Sequence record: PV611675.1
Reading direction: 5' to 3' (one strand)
DNA from: Acinetobacter phage vB_AbaM_14/CRR8
DNA length: 64,000 bases
The stretch's first letter is position 1; every line of letters starts with the position of its first letter. The notes beneath the pieces are model-generated. The model was not told where the DNA came from and did no database searches. It saw only the letters and a list, made by a program, of their open reading frames with translations. A program made the position numbers and the translations under genes. Of the stretch, positions 37,330 to 47,390 are shown one piece after another.

Positions 37330-37610
37330 ATGTTGGAACTATTGGTGGAGGCAGACAGCTTAATGCAGCTATCATAGCTCATGCATTGGCAAATGATCTA
37401 GTATCTGCACTTGGTGGACCAAAGCCTGTTCGATATACTTATCGTGACGATGATGGTGTTTTCACAAGAGCTTATGCTCAAGACTCAGTATCTAACCGAC
37501 ATACTTTTATTAAGTTATTACAGGGTACAGAGTTTTGTTATCAGGAGTCTGAAATACAGAAGTTCTTAGCTTTTAAGGGTCAAAATTCAATTTTAGTGGA
37601 GAATATTTAA
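37326..37610 (+). CDS. hypothetical protein
   Basis: ATGA-coupled ORF. Confidence 0.3.
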   Translation: MNVGTIGGGRQLNAAIIAHALANDLVSALGGPKPVRYTYRDDDGVFTRAYAQDSVSNRHTFIKLLQGTEFCYQESEIQKFLAFKGQNSILVENI

Positions 37611-38674
37611 TGAGTAAAGCACCTAAACCTTTCCGTCCAATGAAAACAGTAAATGAAGCATTGGATTTTGGTGATGTAAAGTATCCAAAGTTTGGGTCAA
37701 TTAAGTTCGATGGTGTGTACGCATTTGTTCGTGATAACAAATTACTCGGACGTTCTCTTAAACCTTTGAAGAATAAATGGATCACAGAGCAGCTTAGTCA
37801 TCCAGAATTTAATGGTATGGTGTTTGAGACATTGAATGCTCGTATGGATGGTAAAGACGGCTTACAATTGAACCGACAAGATTTATACAACAACAGTAAT
37901 TCTTGTACTGGTACGATCAACAAGGAAGATTGGGATGTTACCTTAGTGTTGTTTGACTACGTCAAAGACTGTACTGGAGAGTATTTAGAGAATCCATATG
38001 ATGTTCGTATGGAGCATTTGAATCTACTTCTCAGCGAGTTGAGCGACGAGGCATTTATCACAGAGCATAATATCTGTGGTATCGACTATCATGAATATAT
38101 GATTCGTGGCATCACTGTATTAATCCCAATGCCTCATCTTATTGAAGATGCTGAGTATGCGCGTGAACTTTACGAGCGTATTGTTGCCGAGGGTCATGAG
38201 GGCTTAATCTTACGTTGCCCTATGGGTGTATTTAAGTGTGGTCGAGCTACCAAGAAGTCTCAAGAGATGATTCGATTCAAACCTTCTGGTGATAGTGAGA
38301 TCATTGTCACTCGTATGGAAGAGATGATGGAGAATCAGAATGAAGCTAAGACAAATGAGTTAGGCTATACTGAACGTTCTTCACATCAAGAGAATAAAGT
38401 GCCTCTTGGTATGGTTGGTGCATTGATTGGTATCGACATCAATTCTGGCATTGAGGTTAAGATTGGAGCTGGTAAGCTTACACATGAACAGCGTAAAGAG
38501 GTTTGGGATAATCGAGGTGATTATATCGGTCGATTGGCTAAGTATAAGTTCATGGATTCAGGTCAAAAAGATTTGCCACGACATCCACGTTGGGTTGGTT
38601 GGCGAGAGTTAACAGATGTGGACCCAGAGGTTGTTTCTTTTGCTAAAGAACATGATGTATATATTAAGGAGTAA
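37610..38674 (+). CDS. ATP-dependent DNA ligase (T7-like)
   Basis: Motif I KFDGV, motif IV EGLILR, size 354 aa. Confidence 0.7.
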   Translation: MSKAPKPFRPMKTVNEALDFGDVKYPKFGSIKFDGVYAFVRDNKLLGRSLKPLKNKWITEQLSHPEFNGMVFETLNARMDGKDGLQLNRQDLYNNSNSCTGTINKEDWDVTLVLFDYVKDCTGEYLENPYDVRMEHLNLLLSELSDEAFITEHNICGIDYHEYMIRGITVLIPMPHLIEDAEYARELYERIVAEGHEGLILRCPMGVFKCGRATKKSQEMIRFKPSGDSEIIVTRMEEMMENQNEAKTNELGYTERSSHQENKVPLGMVGALIGIDINSGIEVKIGAGKLTHEQRKEVWDNRGDYIGRLAKYKFMDSGQKDLPRHPRWVGWRELTDVDPEVVSFAKEHDVYIKE

Positions 38675-38676
38675 TC

Positions 38677-39012
38677 ATGTCGGATTTTGCAACTGAAATG
38701 ACTATAGAGGATATGATTGACCGTGATATATCAAATCTTAATAATACATTAGGGCATTTGATTTCAGAGCAATTTCCTAATGTATATCTTGTGAGAGATC
38801 AAATGTATTTCTATGTATATGAGCATGGAAACAAGGAAAAGTTGGGTTATTTTAAAACAACTGAAGGTTGCATATCGTATTTGAACATAGAGCATATGGA
38901 ACTATTTGGTGAGATGTCGAATTTGTTAAACTTCCTGAGACGAAATCCTTATGCAATTTTTGCTCTAGAATTATGTGGGTTTGTTAAACAACGATATCAA
39001 GTTGAACAATAA
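38677..39012 (+). CDS. hypothetical protein
   Basis: 111-aa ORF. Confidence 0.35.
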   Translation: MSDFATEMTIEDMIDRDISNLNNTLGHLISEQFPNVYLVRDQMYFYVYEHGNKEKLGYFKTTEGCISYLNIEHMELFGEMSNLLNFLRRNPYAIFALELCGFVKQRYQVEQ

Positions 39013-39026
39013 ATCCTAAAATAGTT

Positions 39027-39055
39027 GTTGACCCATTATGGATTAATCTCTATAA
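39027..39055 (+). promoter_or_regulatory. sigma70-like promoter embedded in dyad symmetry
   Basis: TTGACC, 17 bp, TATAAT; inverted repeat CCCATTAT...ATAATGGG spans spacer and -10, T-rich after. Confidence 0.45.
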
Positions 39056-39082
39056 TGGGTTAATCATTTAGGAGGTAATACT

Positions 39083-40951
39083 ATGAGTTTTAAACCGACA
39101 GAAGAACAGCAAACAATTATTGACATGGCACTAGAGGGTGAAGATTTAGTTATCAATGCGTTTGCAGGTGCTTCAAAAACAACTACACTTACCATGATTG
39201 CTGAAGCTAAGCATGAGCAAGGTGGAGAGTTGGGGTTATATTTAGCATTTAACAAAGCTATTGCGACAGAAGCAGAGGAGAGGTTCCCAACATCTGTTGA
39301 GTGTCGAACTGTGCACAGTTTAGCTTATCGTCACACACCTAAAGCTTTGAAGTCCAAGATTGGTGGTCGAATATTCCCTAAAGAGATCGCAGAACTGTTA
39401 GGGTTTAAGGGTGAGTTCATTGTAAGCAAGAAGAGTAATGAAGTTCGTAAGCTTGTGTCAATTAATGCTAAGGCTAGTATGATCAAGCAGACTTTATCTC
39501 GCTTCTGTAATTCGGCTGACAATTCTATTGAGGCTCACCACTTAGTTAAGATGGATTGGATGAATAAACTTAGCCCAGAAGATTTTGACTTTGACCCTCT
39601 GATGGCAGAGATTCTTGTGTTAACACGAGCTTATTGGGAGGAGTGCAAGGACCCATCATCACCTGTACCTTTAGAGCATGACGGATACTTGAAGATGTAT
39701 TCAATGCTGGGTAAACAAATACCTGTATCGTACATCATGATTGATGAGAACCAAGATTCATCACCTGTGATTCTTAATATTATTGAGGCTCAAAAGAAAG
39801 CTCAGAAAGTTTATGTTGGTGATAAGTATCAGGCTATTTATGGGTGGCGTGGTGCAATCAACGCTATGAACTTTGTGACAGGTAATAAAGTTTACTTGAC
39901 TAAGTCATTCCGTTTTGGTAATAACGTACAGACAGTAGCAAACATGATTCTTGCAGAATCTGGATGTGAAATTGAATTAAAAGGTAATGGCTCTAATGAA
40001 GGTAAACTATTCCTTAGAGAGAAGTCTATTGAACCTAACGTTGTAATCTGTCGTACAAACTCTGGTGTTATCAAGAATGTGTTTGAGTACAGTAACCGTT
40101 ACCCTAACAAGGTGATTGGGGCAAGCTGTGATTTGACGGAGATTCAATCTTTTGTCAAGGCTTATGAAGACTTGGTTGCTGGTAAGAAGGTGGAGCATAA
40201 GCTTCTGTATGCCTTTGAAAACAAGGGTGAGTTGATGGACTACTGTGAAGAGTGTCCAAATGACTTAGAAGTTTCTGGTATGGTAAAACTCATTGAACGA
40301 TTTGGAGCTAAGGCTTTAATGGCAGCAATGAGTAGATGTTTTAACCAACAGCGACCAGATATTATGGTGACAACTGCACATAAATCAAAAGGTCTTGAGT
40401 GGGATAATGTTATCCTATACAATGACTTTGGTTATGATATTGATGAATCTGGAGCCTTAGAGGTTTCTGATGAAGAGATGAATATTGTTTATGTGGCAGC
40501 TACTCGCGCTAAAAAACATCTTTGTATAGCTGGCATTCATGACTTACTCAACTTACTTAGTAAGAAATCTGGTGTTAAGTTTGAGATGTCAGATGAGTCT
40601 ACAGAGTATCTTGATTACTTAAACCGTGTTGTGCAAGAGGCTAAATTAAGGAATGTTAAGTTCTCTTATAAAGGCTGTACAATGGAAGAGTTAGAGAGAT
40701 TCACTCAACGACACAGCCATTTGTTAGAGATGAAGTATGACGGTACAGGTGAAGTTCTTGTAGGGTTTGATGAAGCAGCGGAGGCAACAGGTGGTGTATT
40801 AACTAATGCTAAAATGATGCACATTTCCCCAAATACAGGGATATCTAATGATGTTATTATGGATCGTATAGGTCAGTTCATTGATAGTAACAGTGAGTAC
40901 TATCATGAAGCTATGATCAGTGATATGGAGCATGATCATATAGACAATTGA
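39083..40951 (+). CDS. UvrD/Rep-family SF1 DNA helicase with C-terminal extension
   Basis: Walker A AGASKTT, DENQD, GDKYQAIYGWRGA, HKSKGLEWDNV, VAATRAK motifs; ~150-aa C-terminal domain of unknown function. Confidence 0.7.
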   Translation: MSFKPTEEQQTIIDMALEGEDLVINAFAGASKTTTLTMIAEAKHEQGGELGLYLAFNKAIATEAEERFPTSVECRTVHSLAYRHTPKALKSKIGGRIFPKEIAELLGFKGEFIVSKKSNEVRKLVSINAKASMIKQTLSRFCNSADNSIEAHHLVKMDWMNKLSPEDFDFDPLMAEILVLTRAYWEECKDPSSPVPLEHDGYLKMYSMLGKQIPVSYIMIDENQDSSPVILNIIEAQKKAQKVYVGDKYQAIYGWRGAINAMNFVTGNKVYLTKSFRFGNNVQTVANMILAESGCEIELKGNGSNEGKLFLREKSIEPNVVICRTNSGVIKNVFEYSNRYPNKVIGASCDLTEIQSFVKAYEDLVAGKKVEHKLLYAFENKGELMDYCEECPNDLEVSGMVKLIERFGAKALMAAMSRCFNQQRPDIMVTTAHKSKGLEWDNVILYNDFGYDIDESGALEVSDEEMNIVYVAATRAKKHLCIAGIHDLLNLLSKKSGVKFEMSDESTEYLDYLNRVVQEAKLRNVKFSYKGCTMEELERFTQRHSHLLEMKYDGTGEVLVGFDEAAEATGGVLTNAKMMHISPNTGISNDVIMDRIGQFIDSNSEYYHEAMISDMEHDHIDN

Positions 40952-40964
40952 TTTAGGAGGTTTA

Positions 40965-41219
40965 ATGGTTTTACTGGGTTGGTCGCAGAGAGAAGTATAT
41001 AGCGATAGATTATATGATCACGTAAAATTTTCTGGTGAAACCAACCTCATACATGTGCTGGATTCCTCTGGAGTTCAGCATATTGGTGTAGAGGTGAGGT
41101 ATAAAGGTAAAGTGAAGGAATCTGATATTGAAAAATCTCATAGATATTTAATGAAGAATGTCTTTGGTGTGTTGGAAGGTATGGAACCTAAGCTGTTTAT
41201 TTTAAGTGAGGTGTTATGA
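40965..41219 (+). CDS. hypothetical protein
   Basis: ORF with GGAGGT RBS. Confidence 0.3.
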   Translation: MVLLGWSQREVYSDRLYDHVKFSGETNLIHVLDSSGVQHIGVEVRYKGKVKESDIEKSHRYLMKNVFGVLEGMEPKLFILSEVL

Positions 41220-41491
41220 AAGGTGTAATGTTAATTACAGCGGATTTCGATGAGAAAGAGTTGCATACTCAAGTCTATGAAAACATCGATTATCTTGTGG
41301 AAGATCGGACTGGTTGGCCCTCTTATGCTGACATGAAGCTGTATGTAGATAAACACGGTTATGACAGTGAAGAGTGTGAAGGTTCAGAGAAGATGATTAT
41401 AGAGCTTGTTGAAGATGGGTTCTATGTCGATGAATGGCATTCTTATGAGTTGCATACTGGTGAGTTCACTATGGGAGTTAAGAGTGTTTAG
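41216..41491 (+). CDS. hypothetical acidic protein
   Basis: ATGA-coupled ORF. Confidence 0.3.
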   Translation: MKGVMLITADFDEKELHTQVYENIDYLVEDRTGWPSYADMKLYVDKHGYDSEECEGSEKMIIELVEDGFYVDEWHSYELHTGEFTMGVKSV

Positions 41492-41633
41492 TTCATTTGA
41501 TGATTGGTTTGAGGAGCTTAAAGAGTCTGCAAGCTACTATGGTTTTTATATTGATAATGCAGCTGATTGGGAAGATTACTATAAGATGGGTATGATGCCT
41601 GACGCAGCTTGGAAGAAATACGGTAATAAATAG
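41484..41633 (+). CDS. hypothetical small protein
   Basis: GTG start 6 nt after GGGAG; preferred over the longer track ORF 41406 that overlaps the preceding gene. Confidence 0.25.
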   Translation: MFSSFDDWFEELKESASYYGFYIDNAADWEDYYKMGMMPDAAWKKYGNK

Positions 41634-41641
41634 GAGGTTCT

Positions 41642-42331
41642 GTGGAAAATTTAGAAAATGTAATTCAAGATAAAGTTGAAAGTAAACTTAAACAACGTGT
41701 TGTCTTATTGAATGGTCCACCAAACACTGGTAAGGATGTCTCGGCTGACATGCTGAAAGAATTGTTTGGTACAGGGGCACATAAAGCTTTTAAAGACGTG
41801 TTGTATGAAGAAACAGCTAAGTATTTTGGTGTGGAAACTGGTTGGATTCGTTCAATGGCAACTGATCGAACAACAAAAGAGTCGCCAACACGTCGATTAT
41901 TCGATAAAGATTTAAATTGGATTGTGCGTTTAGCCTTAACCTTGTTAAGTTTTGTACGACCTGTTGGCTTTAGTCCACGTCAAGCTTTAATCCATGTATC
42001 TGAAAACATTATCAAGCCACGCTTTGGTAAAAAGTATTTTGGTCATAAACTACTTGATGCAATTAAAGAGAGTGGTGAGGAGTATACTTTTGTTTCAGAC
42101 TCTGGGTTTATTGAAGAGATTCATCCTCTAGTAGAGGCTGGATTAGAAGTAATCGTATTACGCTTAAAGCGTGACGGTTGCACTTATACTGGTGATAGTC
42201 GTCGTTATCTAACAGATGAAGAGCTTGAAGATTTAGGTGTTAAAGTTATCGACATTGATAACAATGGTACACTTGAGGATTTAAAATCGAAACTGTTGAA
42301 TGCATCACTAGAAATTTTGGGAGTTAAGTAG
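41642..42331 (+). CDS. P-loop kinase (possible deoxynucleoside monophosphate kinase)
   Basis: Walker A LNGPPNTGKD; size and context in the nucleotide-metabolism block; GTG after AGGAGG. Confidence 0.4.
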   Translation: MENLENVIQDKVESKLKQRVVLLNGPPNTGKDVSADMLKELFGTGAHKAFKDVLYEETAKYFGVETGWIRSMATDRTTKESPTRRLFDKDLNWIVRLALTLLSFVRPVGFSPRQALIHVSENIIKPRFGKKYFGHKLLDAIKESGEEYTFVSDSGFIEEIHPLVEAGLEVIVLRLKRDGCTYTGDSRRYLTDEELEDLGVKVIDIDNNGTLEDLKSKLLNASLEILGVK

Positions 42332-42332
42332 T

Positions 42333-42551
42333 ATGAAGATACTGAAGGATTTCTGGATTATATTCGTTGTTGTAGCAATCTTTATTAGCTTGCTTGTAGA
42401 TAATCTCAGTAAAGCTAATGCAAGTAAACCTACATCAACAACATACCCTCCAGTGGTTGCACCATTAAGTTGGGACATGGTGAAGAAAGAATGTAAACTG
42501 AAAATTAAGAAGGATCAGAAGCTACCTAAGCACTGTTATAAACTTGTGTAG
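42333..42551 (+). CDS. small secreted/membrane-anchored protein
   Basis: N-terminal signal-anchor helix, Lys-rich C-terminus with two Cys. Confidence 0.3.
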   Translation: MKILKDFWIIFVVVAIFISLLVDNLSKANASKPTSTTYPPVVAPLSWDMVKKECKLKIKKDQKLPKHCYKLV

Positions 42552-42712
42552 GAGATTACCTTGAAGCTTAAGTATCTTGCAGTAGGTGTTATACTTTTAG
42601 TAGTTGTATACAGAAAATCATTAAAAGATTTTGATGAAATTCTTATTGGAAGTGCTTGACACAATATAGGGCCATGTATTATCATGGCTTTATTCATTTA
42701 GAGGAGAAAAAC

Positions 42713-43354
42713 ATGACTATTCAATTCAAAACTCAAGTATTCCGTGAAGCACCTCAAATTACAGAACTTCGACGTTGGTTTATCTCAACAATTTCCAAGA
42801 AGTATGGTGTGAATATGGCGATTCAATCTGGCGTATTGTTTGATGAATGTTTAACGATGTCTTATATTGGATATCGAAATAAAGTTCCTGCTGTATCAGG
42901 AATCAATATCCCTGTACTGGCTAAGAAATTCACCCGTGTGAATGGTGGATTTGATGTCAATGTGTTTAATGACCTATGTACTCGATGGATTCTTGATGAA
43001 GAGACAGCTTTTGATACTGGCTTGTTAGGTAAGTCTCAATACGATGGTGTACACATTCATGCGTCTGCTTTACAAGCATTAAAGATTATCTACAACCAGT
43101 TACGTATTGGGTTTGCAGCTCAACACCTAAGCTCATGGGTTTATGACCACGACAATTGGGACGTTGTGCTTAATTTAGCTTTATGTTACACACGTGAGTT
43201 TACGAACAAGGAATTTAGTGGGCACGTACAACGTATTGCAAATATTTCTCGTAACAGTGCCATTGTTATGCTGATGTCTATTGATGGCCTAAACTATAAG
43301 CAGTCATCAACACTTGTTGATTTAGTTCGAAAAATAAGTGGAAGTGTACGATAA
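42713..43354 (+). CDS. hypothetical protein
   Basis: ATG after AGAGGAG; preceded by a promoter-like TTGACA/TATTAT with palindrome CCATGTATTATCATGG. Confidence 0.35.
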   Translation: MTIQFKTQVFREAPQITELRRWFISTISKKYGVNMAIQSGVLFDECLTMSYIGYRNKVPAVSGINIPVLAKKFTRVNGGFDVNVFNDLCTRWILDEETAFDTGLLGKSQYDGVHIHASALQALKIIYNQLRIGFAAQHLSSWVYDHDNWDVVLNLALCYTREFTNKEFSGHVQRIANISRNSAIVMLMSIDGLNYKQSSTLVDLVRKISGSVR

Positions 43355-43893
43355 TGAAATTCTACCACAAGAAAACTGTAGGTGATATTAACAAAAGAAT
43401 CTCGGAGTTAAAGCAAGAGATTCGTGAAGCTGAGGAAAAAGTTCAGCTTGTTATTAAAGATCACCTTAGAGCTGGATGTAAGACATTTCCAGAGGTTGTA
43501 GAACTCTCTAAAGAACTTGGCTGTAGTTTTGAATATGTAGTCGATGGACTTGGGCCAAAAAGAAAGTATTCACTATGGTCTAACTTAATGTGGGTGGAGG
43601 TCAAGTCTGGTCATGATGGTTTGATACTTAAATTAGAAAATGTAGGGATTTTGGAAAAGACTTACTATTACTGTAATAATTATGGTGGGCAAGATTTATG
43701 TATCGGTGATGAGGAGGCTATGAAATCCTTTGAGTGTGAGGATGGAATTTGGGCTTGTCCGATCAAGGGTGAGGAGATTAGTAAAGAAGAATTTGATGAA
43801 AATCTTTACCCAATGTTCTCTACTACTGATAAATATCATAACATCTGGAAGAAATTATCTGAAGGCATTGACAACTTACTGGTGTTCCAATAA
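43354..43893 (+). CDS. hypothetical protein
   Basis: 179-aa ORF, ATGA-coupled. Confidence 0.35.
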   Translation: MKFYHKKTVGDINKRISELKQEIREAEEKVQLVIKDHLRAGCKTFPEVVELSKELGCSFEYVVDGLGPKRKYSLWSNLMWVEVKSGHDGLILKLENVGILEKTYYYCNNYGGQDLCIGDEEAMKSFECEDGIWACPIKGEEISKEEFDENLYPMFSTTDKYHNIWKKLSEGIDNLLVFQ

Positions 43894-43898
43894 AATCG

Positions 43899-43930
43899 AG
43901 GGTGTGGCTTAGGCTGCACCCTTTTTATTT
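43899..43930 (+). terminator. rho-independent terminator (UUAG loop family)
   Basis: GGGTGTGGC-TTAG-GCTGCACCC then T5ATTT. Confidence 0.5.
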
Positions 43931-43944
43931 GTCTGGAGGAAAGT

Positions 43945-44142
43945 ATGTCTAAAACTATTAGCCCTACCTTCACCTGTGAATGTGGTGGACGTGTTACATC
44001 ACACTGGGTTATGGGGACTAGGGAGGATATCAGGACAAGCCAAGATTATGCTCGTGGTAAGAGACGATGGAAGCTTGTTAGTAACGGTTACTGGAGTATG
44101 GGTTGCAATAGTTGTGATTACAGGGGGAAATATACACCATGA
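43945..44142 (+). CDS. small Zn-ribbon protein
   Basis: CECGG...CNSCDY four-Cys motif. Confidence 0.35.
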   Translation: MSKTISPTFTCECGGRVTSHWVMGTREDIRTSQDYARGKRRWKLVSNGYWSMGCNSCDYRGKYTP

Positions 44143-44408
44143 GCGCTAAAGATTATATTGAAAATGTACTGGCATATCCTGATGACAGTAATGTGAAGTC
44201 TGACCTATTGTACTTTAAAGAATTTCAAGACTTCTTGTTTGAGTTATACTACTCAGAGCATTTTGACTGCCTTATAAAGTTCGTTGGTGGAACAACCTTT
44301 ATGGAGCAAGATGGTGGATGGACATTCTATTCATCTAGTGAATCAGCTATGCGTACATTAAGATGGAAGGGTAGACTGATAAGTGTTAAAAAGTATTTGA
44401 CAGAGTAA
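44139..44408 (+). CDS. hypothetical protein
   Basis: ATGA-coupled ORF. Confidence 0.3.
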   Translation: MSAKDYIENVLAYPDDSNVKSDLLYFKEFQDFLFELYYSEHFDCLIKFVGGTTFMEQDGGWTFYSSSESAMRTLRWKGRLISVKKYLTE

Positions 44409-44452
44409 TACTTTAATTATATTATACCTTTAAATTAACTGAGGTGAAGTGT

Positions 44453-44713
44453 ATGTTGGTAGTTAGTCGAAGAACTGCAATATTTATTAATACAGTCGCT
44501 AATTGGGCTTTTATTAATTACAATTATGATCGTAATGCACTGAAGGATTTTCAGGGTAGGCTTAGAGATAGAGTTAACCTATCAAAATTAGTTAGTGATG
44601 TATCTTTAGGTGATGACTGTGATTGTCTTGTTTCGATAGATGATGCAGACACACCTTTAGTTGAAAGTATTCTTAAAAGTTTCAAGGAGCGTAATCGTGG
44701 AAGTAATTCGTAA
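44453..44713 (+). CDS. hypothetical protein
   Basis: ATG after GAGGTG. Confidence 0.3.
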   Translation: MLVVSRRTAIFINTVANWAFINYNYDRNALKDFQGRLRDRVNLSKLVSDVSLGDDCDCLVSIDDADTPLVESILKSFKERNRGSNS

Positions 44714-45605
44714 TAAGGTGGTAGAACAATATACTTGGGCTGGTCAGAAAATTGAATTGACTATTAAGAAATATAAGCCGATTGTTTTCCATAAAAATTT
44801 GTGGGACCAATACCCTTCAGCTATCAAAGCGCGTGGTGCTGTATATCATGGTGATGAACAAGTGGTATATCCTATGGACAAGTGTTTCAACTACCTTGAG
44901 AATGGTTGTGGAAAAGATATCGAGGGTGATCACTATGTTATGTGGTATCGTAAAGTAAATGGCTTTATGGTGAACCTTACATACCATGAAGCTCTTGGTT
45001 GGATCATTTCAACTACAGGTGATGCTATCATCTTTGGCAATGTGACAGAGAATAAATACATCAATATGGCTTTGCAGTATATTGAAAAGTATGATGGCTT
45101 TGGTTTGTATGAACAGTTAAAGGGTGACTATTGCTTCTTTGATGACGATCAATTTACGGTGACGTTTGAAGTTGTCCATGAGAATGATCCACACATCGTA
45201 ACTGAAGTGACTGGACTATACCCATTATGTGTGCAAAAGAATGGTGTAACAATACCATTAAATGTCTCTCTTCAGGAGGATGGTAGTGGTGAGTTTGATG
45301 ATTTGAAAGAAGCTTTGAAGGTATGTAGACATGAAGGCTTTATGGTCTACAATGGTGCTGGTGAGCTTCTATTTAAGATGAAGTCTCCATATTACCTTGC
45401 TAAGAAATGGGTACAGCGTGGAGGAGCTAAGCGAGTTTGGAGTAATGACTATAAAGAACGTTTGGATGAAGAGTATTACCCAATCATTGATTACTTACGA
45501 TCACATCATGACAAGGAAGAGTGGGATAAGATGACAGAAGAGGCAAAGTCTATTGCATTCTTGGATGCTTACTACTTTGTAAATAACTTTAGTAGGGAGG
45601 GATAA
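44697..45605 (+). CDS. ligase-family nucleotidyltransferase (RNA ligase-like, KxNG motif)
   Basis: Covalent nucleotidyltransferase motifs: I RKVNGF, IV EGFMVY, V LFKMKSP, with canonical spacing; GTG start 6 nt after AAGGAG. Confidence 0.35.
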   Translation: MEVIRNKVVEQYTWAGQKIELTIKKYKPIVFHKNLWDQYPSAIKARGAVYHGDEQVVYPMDKCFNYLENGCGKDIEGDHYVMWYRKVNGFMVNLTYHEALGWIISTTGDAIIFGNVTENKYINMALQYIEKYDGFGLYEQLKGDYCFFDDDQFTVTFEVVHENDPHIVTEVTGLYPLCVQKNGVTIPLNVSLQEDGSGEFDDLKEALKVCRHEGFMVYNGAGELLFKMKSPYYLAKKWVQRGGAKRVWSNDYKERLDEEYYPIIDYLRSHHDKEEWDKMTEEAKSIAFLDAYYFVNNFSREG

Positions 45606-46162
45606 TGGGTGTAGTAACACACGGCATGAGTGGGACTCCATTGTACCAATGTTGGAAGAATATGAAGGCTAGGTGTTATAGAAAGTCATCTACTCACTTC
45701 CATAGGTATGGTGGTAGGGGTATTAAGGTCTGTGATGAGTGGAAATTTTCATTCATCACATTTATGGATTGGGCATATAAAAGTGGCTACTCTGAGGATT
45801 TAACTATTGATAGGGTAGATGTTGATAAGGACTATACACCTGATAATTGTAGATGGATTAGACCTGATGAAAATGTATCAAGAGCTAACTTTTACCATAA
45901 GGAGTTAGGAACTGGATGTCAATCGGATACATCTAAGATGAAAATGAGGGAAACCATTGTTGATTTACAAGGCATGAAGGTTGAACTTTATTTTGGTTTG
46001 AAATTGATTGGTGTGTATGATTCAATAGGTCTAGCTTCTGATTATGTTGCTGAAGCCCTTGGAAGGAAGAAAAAGAATGTCTACTCTCAGATGAAACAAC
46101 AAATGAAAGGTAAGGTTAAAACTACTGGTGGCTATACTGTGGAGGAATTTTTAGATGAGTAA
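45605..46162 (+). CDS. HNH-type endonuclease / AP2-like DNA-binding protein
   Basis: N-terminal motif TPLYQCWKNMKARC...YGGRGIKVCDEW typical of free-standing phage HNH/AP2-type proteins. Confidence 0.35.
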   Translation: MGVVTHGMSGTPLYQCWKNMKARCYRKSSTHFHRYGGRGIKVCDEWKFSFITFMDWAYKSGYSEDLTIDRVDVDKDYTPDNCRWIRPDENVSRANFYHKELGTGCQSDTSKMKMRETIVDLQGMKVELYFGLKLIGVYDSIGLASDYVAEALGRKKKNVYSQMKQQMKGKVKTTGGYTVEEFLDE

Positions 46163-46568
46163 TAAAATACTTTGGTTTATTAGGGGTGTGTCGGGTTCTG
46201 GAAAGAGTACCGTAGCAAAAGTGTTACGGGAACAGCTACCATTTGGTTGTGGAACTGAGGCTGATGACTTTCGTTATATCGATGGTCGGTATGCATGGGA
46301 GGAGGTCCCAAATTATATTGCACACCGTAAATGTTTTGATACTACAAAAGAATTCTTGACAGATGGTCGTCAAAATGTGGTAGTATCTAATACATCGACA
46401 AGAAGCAAAGATGTTCGCAAGTATAAGAAGCTTGCAGAAGAATTTGGGTATATGTTTATATCTATTGTGGTTGAGAATTACCATGAGACAGGTAATACAC
46501 ATAATGTACCATATGCTACACTTGTTGATATGGAAAATAAACTACGTGGTAGTATTAAATTAAAGTGA
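46155..46568 (+). CDS. polynucleotide 5'-kinase (T4 Pnk kinase-domain-like)
   Basis: Walker A GVSGSGKST; collinear similarity to T4 Pnk kinase domain (DDFRY, VVVSNT, RKYKKLAEEFGY, NVPYATLVDM). Confidence 0.6.
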   Translation: MSNKILWFIRGVSGSGKSTVAKVLREQLPFGCGTEADDFRYIDGRYAWEEVPNYIAHRKCFDTTKEFLTDGRQNVVVSNTSTRSKDVRKYKKLAEEFGYMFISIVVENYHETGNTHNVPYATLVDMENKLRGSIKLK

Positions 46569-46575
46569 GGTATTT

Positions 46576-46764
46576 GTGAAAATTTTACTAAATGGGTTGG
46601 AATGGGACTCTGAGGTACATAAAAATTTAATTAAAAAATTGGGTGGTGTCAAGGTTATTGAAGGTAAAATAAAAGAACCTCTTTTAGCAGGGGAGGCTCA
46701 CTACTATAAAATGATCTTGCATGTAAAGGAAACTTTTGAAGCTCATAACGTAGGATTTAAATAA
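46576..46764 (+). CDS. hypothetical protein
   Basis: 62-aa ORF. Confidence 0.25.
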   Translation: MKILLNGLEWDSEVHKNLIKKLGGVKVIEGKIKEPLLAGEAHYYKMILHVKETFEAHNVGFK

Positions 46765-47390
46765 TGGCTAAGTTATCTACAAGTGATTTACATTTTGGAC
46801 ATGTAAATATTTTAAAGTTCACCAAGCGTTACCATTTTATGTTTGACGATTCAACTTTTAAAAATCAATATTTTATTGATTCGGATGTATTTGAAAGAAT
46901 GCATAACGGAACTCTGACTTATTCTGACAAGGTGTTGATTAAAGAGAAGCATGATAATTGGTTGATCGAAAGGTTGAATAGCCAAATTGACAATGGTGAT
47001 GTGGTTTATCATGTAGGGGATTTTGCATTCTATAAGGATGTAAAGTCTATTCGCAATATCATTATGCAGTTGGCTGGAGATTGGATTTTTGTACTAGGTA
47101 ATCATGATAATGAATCTACATTACGTGAAGCTTGTAAGGGTACTCGTCATAAGGTGGTAGGTTATTACCATATGACTCGTGTCAATCGTAAGCGTGTGAT
47201 TTTCTGCCATTTTCCTTTTGAAGAGTGGGATCAATGCCATAATGGTTCATGGCATGTCTATGGACATTTACATGGTTCTGATGGTCATGGGGAGTTCAAG
47301 ATGAGAAAGGACTTGCCACGTCGATTTGATACTGGCATTGATGCACATAAAGAATGTAAGCTTTTCAACTTAGATGAGGTGATTCAGTGA
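46764..47390 (+). CDS. calcineurin-like metallophosphoesterase
   Basis: DLHFGH (DxH), GDFAFY (GDxx) and LGNHDNE (GNHD/E) motifs. Confidence 0.6.
   Translation: MAKLSTSDLHFGHVNILKFTKRYHFMFDDSTFKNQYFIDSDVFERMHNGTLTYSDKVLIKEKHDNWLIERLNSQIDNGDVVYHVGDFAFYKDVKSIRNIIMQLAGDWIFVLGNHDNESTLREACKGTRHKVVGYYHMTRVNRKRVIFCHFPFEEWDQCHNGSWHVYGHLHGSDGHGEFKMRKDLPRRFDTGIDAHKECKLFNLDEVIQ

Noticed and set aside
41406-41633. Long form of ORF 41406-41633 (75 aa)
   Set aside because: It overlaps the preceding gene for 86 nt and has no RBS; an in-frame GTG at 41484 preceded by GGGAG gives a non-overlapping 49-aa product.
46764-47390. NMN adenylyltransferase (HxGH motif) completing a NARP2-like NAD pathway
   Set aside because: DLHFGH here is followed by GDFAFY and GNHDNE, the signature of calcineurin-like metallophosphoesterases, not the (T/H)xGH nucleotidyltransferase fold.
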